A stretch of DNA of 49,453 nucleotides. It comes from Tubiluchus corallicola. Taxonomy: Eukaryota > Animalia > Priapulida. The stretch lies in contig JAQGDQ010001290.1 of the NCBI GenBank assembly GCA_030141605.1, positions 1 to 49,453 on the forward strand, in the 5' to 3' direction. Shown one piece after another: positions 1 through 9,938 of this stretch; position 1 is the first letter of the stretch, and each line of letters begins with the position of its first letter. The position numbers were made by a program, and so were the translations under genes. The notes beneath the pieces were generated by a model, which did not search any database, was not told the DNA's origin, and saw nothing but the letters and a program-made list of their open reading frames with translations.

Positions 1-1
1 C

Positions 2-1450
2 GCTCAGTGTACTGGCAATCACAATTTAGACAAGTGTGAAAGATTCATGGAGCTAGATGCCGAGAATAAAACAAAGCTTGTTAAAGAAAAGAAATTATGT
101 TTCAACTGTTTAAAGGCTAAACATTTTTCCAGAACGTGCAATCGCCCAGGTTGTGCAGTGGAGAACTGCAATATGAAACATTCAAAGCTGTTACATGAGG
201 CCTTCACATTGGACAAGTCTGATGTTCAGCAAAATGAGAAGAAGCTTACTGAGGCAAGTAGTTGTGCCTGCAAGTCAATGCAGACTTCTACAAGAACTTC
301 TTTGCCTGTTGTTGCAGTTTTTGTCAAAACATCTGAACATGCCAAGGGAATGGTTACTCATGCTTTGTTAGATCCTGGCAGTAACAAGTCATTTTGTTCC
401 CGACAATTAGTTGAGAAGCTTGGCCTGCAAGGACACGAGCAGACTTTGTCATTATCAACTTTGAATAATGGGTCAATGGTTAAGGCACTGGAAATATCTC
501 TGTATGTCAGTCCGACCTTTGGCAAACCAGTTGATAGAGAAGTCATTTATCTTTCTAAAGTTTATGCCTTGGAGAAATTTCCATCTTTGCGGGATAGCGT
601 GGTTACCAGTTCAGATGTATGTAGTTGGGAGCATTTAAAGAATTTACGACTAGCTAACATGAGGCCAGCAGAAGATGTCTTATTACTGATTGGACAAGAC
701 TGTGCTCATGCATTTAAGCCTCTGCAAGTAAAGGCAGGGAATTCCGGAGAACCATATGCTGTACGGACGCCATTGGGCTGGGTTGTGAATGGACTTCATA
801 ATCTTGATTCTCAGAATTTGAATGCTGTCGTCAATGTCGTGCAATCTGATGAAGACTTAACAATCCAAGTGAAAAGATTTTGGGAGGTTGATTCATTGGA
901 TAATGTCGACCAGCGCAGTATGTCACTTGAGGACAAGGAAGTGCTAAATGTGTGGGACAGTTCAGTGCAACTAATAGATGGTCACTATAACTTGGACATA
1001 CCATTTAAAGTGAATCCTCCTGATCTGCCCGATAATCGCAAGATTGCTGAGAAGCGCCTTCAGTCATTGAAGTATCGGCTCTCAAAGGACCCTGAGCTGC
1101 ATAAAAAATATACACTACGCATGAAGGAGCTTCTAGAAAAAGGTTATGCAGAGAAAGTTGCAGCATGTGACTTAGAAGGAACACCTGGATTTGTGTGGTA
1201 TCTCCCGCATCATGGTGTAGTGAATCCGAATAAGCCAAAACTTCGCATTGTCTTTGATTGCTCCGTCCTGTTTGAAGAGATTTCTTTAAATAAAGCTGTC
1301 AAACAAGGGCCCGACTTGACAAACGGTTTGCTAGCTGTTCTGATTCGATTTCGGGAAGGCCCTGTGGCACTTATGTCTGACATAGAGGCCATGTTTAACC
1401 AGGTTGTAGTATCCAAACATCATCGAGATGTTTTGCGGTTTTGTACCTGA
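2..1450 (+). mobile_element. BEL/Pao LTR retrotransposon segment (Gag Zn-knuckles, aspartic protease, N-terminal RT), truncated and inverted relative to gag
   Basis: Frame open from base 2: QCTGNHNLDKC, CFNCLKAKHFSRTC..C....C...HSKLLH (BEL triple knuckle); protease ALLDPGSNKSF; RT start WYLPHHGVVNPNKPKLRIVFDCS...GPDL...RFREGPVALMSDIEAMFNQV. Ends abruptly after HRDVLRF. Confidence 0.93.
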
Positions 1451-1451
1451 G

Positions 1452-3320
1452 TGCCAGTACACTGAGTACATTCTCACAAACTGAGATTGCTCAGGAAAGG
1501 ATGTCTTCCTTTTGACTGCCTTTGTATTGGCAACAGTGTAGCTAAAACTTTTGGTAATGTTCCCCTTTTCCTTGCCGGTAGGCAGCTTAGACTCTTTCAT
1601 CTCACAAAGTCAAAAAACTGGATCATTCATTTTTCTTGCTACCTTCATCAGAAACGATGATAGTATGTCAATACCAGGATACCTTCCAAATTCTGTTAAA
1701 TGTTCAATAGCTTTGGTGCGCCATTTGGATTGAAGATGGTATGGTAAACGTCTAACTATATCTGCCATGCTGCGAGTAGTGCTCATTTCATTCATCTTTC
1801 CCATAGCTTGCAAGGTCACTCTAGCATTATTTAGGTCATCAGCAAGTTTTAGCAAACCTTTGGCATCCTGTGATTTAATATGTGGTCCTTCAGTCAGTCT
1901 TTTCATCCAAATCTCCTGTATCTGATGATTATCACCAAATCACTCTTTCAAGATCCTTAAAGCTTCTGCATAGCCTCTGCTTCCTCCGGTCATAGCACAA
2001 CAACGGATTGACTCATAGGCTTCTGCTATACAAGACTGCAACAGATGGTTCAGCTTCACACTGTCGTCAATTGGCTTGTTTCCAATTGCATTGTGAAAAC
2101 AAGTAATGAAAGTCCAATATTCAATGGGATCTCCAGTAAATTTGACTATATCTGGTCTAGGCAATGACATAAGATGAAACATATCTGCTAAATGATGAGG
2201 AGCAAAATTTGTGTGGGGCTGCCTTTCTGAAGAAATATGCTGCGAAGAAATTCTCGGAGCATCAATTGGTTGAGTAGCTTGCTGCGGCTGCCATTCAGGT
2301 ACCAATGGGTTAAGACCAAAATGGGCAGCTTCAGGTTCTGCATCAGCCATAGGTTCAGGTTGCTCATTGACCCACCTCAGGACACGCTGTTGTTTCTCTC
2401 TGGTAGCTACAGATTCTGGAGACAACTGTGATCCACATTCCAATTCAGCAATTACATTTTCCTGGGCCTGTGCCTGTGCCTTTGCAAGCTCTGTTTCAAG
2501 TGCAAGCTTCTTGCGCTTTTGTTTGAGGTAAAATTCACTCTGCTTGATCTTCTCCTGAATGTCAAGTTTCTCCTGTTTAAGCTTTCTATGAAGGTCAAGT
2601 TCCTCTTGATCCAGCTTTCTCTGAGCATCTATCATATTAGCTTCAGCAAGAAGTGCTGCCTTCTTAGCTGCTGCTTTTGCCTTGATGCTACTCAAACTGC
2701 TCTTCTTTGAAGAAGACCTTTTAGATACTGTAACCTTCTTAGATGGTACAGGTGAAGGGGGATTACTTGGTAACATCGGTTGCATGGGTGTCTTTGGTCG
2801 AGCACCACCGAAATCTTTACGACTGATTTCAGTTCCAGATGATGTCACGCTGCAAGCACTATTAGTAATGCTAACATTTGTGTCTTCCACATTCAGAGCA
2901 TGGACAGGTGGCGCACCCTCTAGCAACAAGCCTGAAACTGGAATTTTGGAAATATCACCAGCCTCTGTATCAAAGTTAGCAGCAGCACCCGAATCATCTA
3001 CAGTGAGAAGTTGCCGAATACCAATATAATCTTTGGCAGTATTCATTATTGTGGTTACATCATTCTTAACTTCATCAGCATAAGTCTGTGATGTCGTTTT
3101 GTCAGCATCATTTAAAAGTAAATGAAACGCCTGAGGAATCTGCAGAAAATCAGTATACAAAGTGCCTAACTCGCTGAGCAGTTGTCTGATTTCCTCCACT
3201 GGTTCTTCTGCTTTAATACAATTCTGAAGCTTTTTTGACTTCATCGTAATCTGTCTCTTAGCATTAGACCTTGCTGTCTTATGCCGTTTCATCTCTTCCA
3301 TTTCAACTGACATTGTGCCT
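1452..3320 (-). pseudogene. BEL/Pao gag (coiled coil plus DUF1759-like region) with two in-frame TGA stops and a late frameshift
   Basis: ORFs 1940-3388, 1610-1906 and 1331-1600 share one frame: LPRPDIVKFTGDPIEYWTF...KLNHLLQ...GYAEALRILKE*FG...IVRRLPYHLQSKW...NDPVF*L. Ends in the first knuckle (ECTQCTG) after a frameshift. Confidence 0.88.
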
Positions 3321-3805
3321 GTACAAATATTTCTACAAAAAAACGTGTTTAGCAAAATTTGCAAGTTAAAGTTCAACTTATCAAACAAACTGCAAAGCCT
3401 AAATTATTTAATTTAAGCTAGGATCCATTACAATAGAAAACTTAACTTTCTCAGCAATAATTAACAACCCAGTTAAGCGTTTGCATTCATTCAAATTCAT
3501 TCAACTAGCAAATAATGCTAACCAAACCTCAGCAAAAATCAACTACTTGGCAGTTAATTTTCAACAAGGCTGTTGAAAATGTAGGCTTCACTACTATAGG
3601 GCTCATATAAATTCAAATAATCAAATGAACCCCGTTAAATAAAAGGAAATTAAACATTTTAAATATAATTTATACTAAATACTTCGTACTGATACTCACA
3701 AGAGCTGACTTAGGCTAATCAGTGCAAACTTGGCAACAATAAACATGAATAATGACACAAGTAAATGTTCATAGAAAACAAACTTCAAACTTGACTATCG
3801 AATAC

Positions 3806-4262
3806 TGTAGAATTCACACGGTATAGAAAGCTTTCCCGTCGATGCTCTATTGCAAAGCAATATAACGTCTTCCAGCAGTCAGCTGTTCAGCTAGCGAACT
3901 TCCAGGTATCCACGTCAAGGTCACACACGCACCGTACGTCGGCCCTCTTGATATGACACCGCTTTGCCCAGACCTCATTGGAAGTGCAATAATAAACGGT
4001 TGTAATGTATACGCTCAAATCAAAGTTGCGTTCCCATATCTATGTAGTTTATTCTGCAAAAATACAAATTTCCTATAGTCTACAATTACTACATCTACAA
4101 ATCTACTGAAACAAGTGCAAGAAAATAAGTGCTACAGATTACTACATTACACTAAAAGCTAAAATGCATACATACATTGTTGGTCCAATATTGAGCCGAG
4201 AAAAAGCCAGAATGTCAGTAAAAGGTAACAGTATAATTAAAAGCCAAATTTCAAATGTAACA
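3806..4262 (-). repeat. Putative 5' LTR of the BEL/Pao element
   Basis: Minus strand reads TGTTACA...TCTACA with an internal AATAAA, about 0.5 kb upstream of gag. No second LTR in the window to confirm the boundaries. Confidence 0.4.
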
Positions 4263-4991
4263 GAGACGTGTGTACATAACAAGTTCCACCTATACAATGT
4301 CAGAGTAGAAAAAGTAGTCTAGAGGTTGAGCTACAGTCTAATGTATTATGGCTTCTAATGCATATTCTACCTTGAGAAGAGGTAATGGACCAAAACATTT
4401 GCACCTGCAACAGTAAGGATGCGAGGCAAAATTCCTAGTGCAGTTACGTGAGTTATTCTGCCACCAATGCGTCCTCCTCGTGAATAATTTTGCCGCATGG
4501 TAGAAATATTAAACGGTAGAATATATATTAAAATATATATTCTTATCTAACCAACAACAATTAGCAGATTTCAGCATAAAATTCTAAGATTTAATCTCTT
4601 AACAGACTGACGATTTTACGTTTTATTAATGTAACATCGATTACTAGATACGCGAAAAAAGCAAAAATAATGCACACATATTTTATTTTGTATATGTATA
4701 TTTTCAGACTTTGAAGTGGTTAGTAAAAACTAACCTTTAGTAGAAACCTTTATTAAAAAACAAAAGGTCTGCCATTACATTGACTAACATTATTAATTCT
4801 ACTTTGTATATGAGAAATACCGCAAGTAGGCTTAATTTAGATATAATGATACAGTATAAGACTCGTAAAGTACCAGCACGTGCAGGAAAAAAGCACATGA
4901 TTTCACCGTGAAACCAACTTCGTTGCATGGGATTTCCTGAAAAATCGGAGATGTTAAGAAAATTTTCGTACAGCCTCATATTTCCTTGTGT

Positions 4992-5335
4992 GCTCACTGT
5001 AAAATACGCCTTAGGCGATCCAGCACTCAGAGGTGGATGATAGTGGAAAGACCGGAATCTGGTTTTTATCAAGACAATCCATTAAAGAGAGACGCTGGAG
5101 ATGTTTAAGTGCCTCAGTTATATTTGAATGTCAGTCCACTCACTTCCAGCGAGGTAAACTGCCAGATCAGCATGATGAATGAAAATCCTAGAACAAATAT
5201 CGAACCCAATGACCACCGATCCATTCTCTAGCGGCCAGCCTTTCTATTGTTTAACTTCGGTAGCCAAACATACACATAAACGATCGGCTTATCTTCTCGC
5301 CTCAAAATTTTTGTTAGATTCACATTTTGTTAATA
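4992..5335. repeat. Dispersed direct repeat, copy 1 (copy 2 at 6975-7284)
   Basis: GCTCACTGTAAAATACGCCTTAGG...CACATTTTGTTAATA present twice; copy 1 has about 30 extra internal bases. Confidence 0.9.
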
Positions 5336-6036
5336 TTGACCAACAACGATAGAAAAGGAAATACTTTTGCTGTATCCCGATTTTCCAATCCCTGTTCGAA
5401 GAAGATTCGTACCTGTAACATTGAAGTTAAGAGCAGTGCCATTTTGTTTAAGAAAAAATAACGTGATTGGTTTAAAATCGGCGTCATATGGTCAGTGGAT
5501 GACCTAACAGGATGGAAAGGCAACGACGTCTACTAGCTTGATATAACAAACGAAATGATGCTATCCCATAACAATGCTCTCACAGATGTGTTTCAACTTT
5601 CCAAGTGATGGAAGCGTTAACCCTTAAATCCTTAATGAGACTTTTTAAAGCTTTTTTTCACTAAAACGGTTTTTGGTGAAGTACCATATGTTTCAACAAG
5701 GACAAAAGCTGCATTTCTCGGTACTTCTGGCACTGCTTTCTTTGAACGTCGGTCTATTTTGTTACGTTGAGTAAGTAATTTTCGATTGTCTTGTAATGGC
5801 TTTTACTGGTGACATATACTAGCATTATTTCACTTCTTTTTAATTTAGATTTTCATTTTAAATTAACATGTCAGATTTTTTTTGGATATTTCCGTTCTGT
5901 TGCATGAGATGTTTTGTCACCTTTGTGGCAGTCTGCTACAGCTAAACGCTGACTTCCTTACGAAATGGCTTCCACCACCACTGTGTACTGAGAAATCACA
6001 TTTCATTTCTGCCGAGTGAGTTAACAGTATGATTGA

Positions 6037-6207
6037 ATTGAGGACCAAGTTGAATTTTTAGTGAGTTGAGGACCAAGTTGAATTTTTAATTGAGTTGATG
6101 ACCAAGTTGAATTTTTGGTTGAGTTGAGGAGCAAGTTGAAAATTTAGTTGAGTTGAGGAGCAAGTTGAATTTTTAGTTGAGGACCAAGCTGAATTTTTAG
6201 TTGAGTT
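6037..6207. repeat. About 30-bp degenerate tandem repeat, about 6 copies
   Basis: Unit TTGAGTTGAGGACCAAGTTGAATTTTTAG with variants. Confidence 0.9.
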
Positions 6208-6825
6208 GCAGTTGGGGTGAATTGCATCATGAATTTATGACATCACTTCTGTTGCTAGTAGGTGAGTTAAGCGTTTATACGCATTGAAACATTTGATTGC
6301 TCAATATTTGATTTAACAGACAATATTGATCTACTAGCAGTGGAATATAGAAACATTTTACGCCTTGTTCTTCAAATTCTAGGAATTCTCATTGTACCAT
6401 GACAACATGTATTGGTGATACGTATCCTCTTACAAAGATAATTGTTAAACGCACTCTGAATCTTAAATACTCACAGCAGCTTAACAACGATGGGAAAGCA
6501 TAACATTTTTGTACTTTATTATATAACAATTGTATTTTAATGATCGGATAGCTCGTGAATTTTATTGGCCGTTGAGATATTAATACGCAGATTTACGTGC
6601 GATGAAAGAGAAACTATGTTACTGACACTTTTGATTAATTAATTACTTTAGTTATTTATATTATTGCCATTACACTAACTTGTCAATGTATTGCATTTTC
6701 ATATACGAATAAAGATTATATATTGTCTTTGATAGAAGTGAGTGATCAACTCAATGCTACGTATCTTAAAATGAATTTTACCTGAAAAGTAAATTCTGAA
6801 GTTGAAATGCAGTAGCCGCTTTCTA

Positions 6826-6979
6826 AGCTCATTTGAACTGAGTGGACAGATGTGTGGATTTGAGCTCATTTGAACTGAGTGGACAGATGTGTGGATTTGA
6901 GCTCATTTGAACTGAGTGGACAGATGTGTGGATTTGAGCTCATTTGAACTGAGTGGACAGATGTGTGGATTTGAGCTCA
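6826..6979. repeat. 37-bp perfect tandem repeat, 4 copies
   Basis: GCTCATTTGAACTGAGTGGACAGATGTGTGGATTTGA starting at 6827, 6864, 6901 and 6938. Confidence 0.95.
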
Positions 6980-7284
6980 CTGTAAAATACGCCTTAGGTG
7001 ATCCAGCACTCAGAAGTGGATGATAGTGGAAAGACTGGAATCTGGTTTTTATCAAGACAATCCATTAAAGAGCGATGCTGGAGAGTGTCAGTCACTTCCA
7101 GCGAGGTAAACTGCCAGATCAGCATGATGAATGAAAATCCTAGAACAAGTATCGAACCCAATGACCACCGATCCATTTTCCAGCGGCCAGCCTCTATTGC
7201 TTAATTTCGGTCGCCAAACATACACATAATCGCTCGGCTTATCTTCTCGCCTCAAAATTATGGTAGATACACATTTTGTTAATA
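6975..7284. repeat. Dispersed direct repeat, copy 2
   Basis: Highly similar to 4992-5335. Confidence 0.9.
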
Positions 7285-7847
7285 CACCCAATGGATAAAA
7301 ACTTTAAAACAATATTGCCAGATATAAAAATATGCAGTAATTTGTATATTTATTGATCAAATGAACACATCAATAACTTAGATATAACTTAAGCCTGTCA
7401 TGAAAAATTTCTCTGATAATGACAGAATTAAATGACAACATTAATTAAATACCTAATTTCAAATCACAGTCACTGACCAATTGCAACATAACCACAAAAA
7501 CAATACAAATGCACGTGCGAGGTTTTATAATATCAAGCTTGAAGAAACCATTTTTTTAGAAACAGCAAATAACCAGTTTCTTTAGGGTTAAGATTAAGAT
7601 TTAATGAAGTTAAGATTTCGCTAATTAATAGTAAAAGATAGGAAGAAAAACTTGTTTTGAAAAGTCTCTATATGTTAGAACTTTTTTGAACTTCACTATG
7701 CCCACAGTTCAGACATGTGAACATCAGTTTTTAGAAGCGGTGCAAAAAATTTCCATCATAACTGATCTGAGTTTAGATCAATATCATACATATAAATAAG
7801 ACTAGAACCAACACTTTCACTGTCATAAAATTCACCTGCAGAAAGTA

Positions 7848-8315
7848 TAGTCAACCTCGGGTATAAGGTACTCGCTTATAAGGGACCACCCATACCGGTC
7901 CCGATTTTTCGTAATGTTTTTCCTATGTAAAAACCTTCGTATATAAGGGACTTTCGGTTATAAGGAACGATATCTTCAGGTCACGCGTAATAGAAACTCA
8001 GGTAAATTGCGTCGTATATAAGGGACCCTATGATCGAAGTGAAATTGATCGATTTTTAACCTTAATTTTTCGCAAACTTGGCCTTCAAACAGCTCGGTTT
8101 CTGCAGTCACATACATCTCGAATCACTGACGGAGCTTCCTACATACCGTTTGCTTTGAATGTGCAGCAATAATCCATAAAAATATGGGTAAAAGTACAGA
8201 AAAGTACAGCTCTACATACACCCTCAGATTGACTCAACTCCGTCTATAAGGGACAACGGATATAAGGGAAGGTTTTTTCCGGTCCGAAGGTGTCCCTTAC
8301 ATCCGAGGTTGACTG
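7848..8315. mobile_element. Tc1/mariner-pogo-type MITE
   Basis: TIRs (T/C)AGTCAACCTCGG...CCGAGGTTGACTG flanked by TA on both sides; reiterated TATAAGGGAC motif. Confidence 0.85.
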
Positions 8316-9256
8316 TATTGCTAAGCAAGACAGATATTATAAGTAGACAAAAATGCCTATAAGTTTTGCGAAGAACAGCCGTGAACAATATTTGGCAGTT
8401 TGTTTAGCAGAGAACAATCTGCCATTGAACTGCAATACCACTTTTTCTAGAAATCCCACTATGTACATACACTTCACAATTCAAAAAATGCTAAGGTACA
8501 TATAGAATTAGGTACACATCTATGAAATTATCAACATCTATACTTAAAAGACCACTTTGTGAATCACAAAGTATGCTCATGTAAACAACAAATAAAGAAC
8601 TACACCACACTTATTATGTATGCCATTAAAGAAAAAATGTGACAAACAGATGTCGTTCATGTTAGGACAACTAATTATCTTAATATCTTAACATAATAAT
8701 ATTGAGCGACAATATGACAAATACCAATAGGGTTACCATGAATCACAGTTTAACCATTTCATATAAAATTTTGTTGCCTCAAGATAACTGTCAAGAAGTT
8801 TAACTAGTATTGTGTAAAGGAACAGGCATGTTCAAAAAAGAATTTCATACCTAAACGAAAGCTATGTGTTTCGATTAAATGCAAAAATTCAGGAGATTAC
8901 ATTGCAATTAATTCCTAAACTAGAAGACTGATTTCATACGAGGTTTACTAGAACAAATGCCACTTTCCAACTACCTAAGCCAATGTTAACTGTCAGTAGC
9001 ATAGGCTAAACATAACTTCCTGCCGATTGTAAGACATCTGGGCAAGTGATGACCCAAACACACGCATGTTTGCATAGGTCTAACTCGAGGCAAAGTTTGT
9101 GTAGTTTGAGAGATATGGTAACGCTCTGGTGGTCCCAAGATAGAAATAATTATGCCATCTCTAGAAATGCTAATCGTGGAGCCTGTAAAATAATTGTAAT
9201 GCACATTCTTCTTGTATGTGTACGTGTATTGTATACACGTATATGTATGTATATAT

Positions 9257-9291
9257 ATGTGTGTGTGTGTGTGTGTGCGTGCGTGCGTGCG
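9257..9291. repeat. (GT)n(GCGT)n microsatellite
   Basis: Read directly. Confidence 0.9.
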
Positions 9292-9899
9292 TTACAATAC
9301 AATACACATGCAGTTACAATACAATTAATTTGAAAAAAAAAAATTGTGAAGAAAGGGCAGCGAAAGACCGATTGGCCATCTAATCAGCTGCCCTTTGGTT
9401 AGTGATGAACATTTTTAAAATCACTGTGCCACAGTGTATTAGTGTTAGTACTGCTTGTAGCTAGGATTTACTTCTTACAAATGATATTAAATTAATATGC
9501 TTATAACGTGTTATATATATAACATATCAATACAATTCATACGCAGTAATAATAAAAAATCAAACAAGAACTGAAAATAAAAATCTAACAACGGAAACAC
9601 AAGAACTATGCCAGCTGAAATACACATCATGTCACAAGCATAATTTTTGACAGTCATAAAAATAAATTATCATGCAAATAAATGGAACTGAAAATCAGGT
9701 GTATTTATATATTGGTATATTGAAGTATATTAAATCGTGTTAATTTTTTCATACACGGGCCATACAGTCACAATTTCTACCATAAAAGTCGGATGATGTT
9801 TAGTAGCAGCCAGCTGATTTTAAACTTACCTTAGTGAGCTATTTTTTGTACTTGACAGCAGATTAGCTTGCCACTTTAATTAAGTTAGGTTTGCATGCT

Positions 9900-9938
9900 T
9901 CAATTACACTGGCACTTTTTGCACTGCCAAAATGGCAC
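9900..9938 (-). CDS. ABCA2: ABCA2-like putative terminal coding exon ([12 protein letters not shown])
   Basis: cttttag acceptor, phase 0, stop at 9900-9902; strong AAG|gtaagt donor at 9830/9829. An alternative end is read-through to VSI* at 10138. Confidence 0.4.
   Translation of the reverse strand: MPFWQCKKCQCN

Noticed and set aside
1610-1942. Two in-frame TGA codons in gag as programmed readthrough or selenocysteine
   Set aside because: They fall where Arg (ERFG) and Gly (DPVFG) are expected, so single-base nonsense decay is the simpler explanation.
6037-6979. 30-bp and 37-bp repeats as a CRISPR array
   Set aside because: The units are head-to-tail with no unique spacers, there are no cas genes, and the context is eukaryotic.
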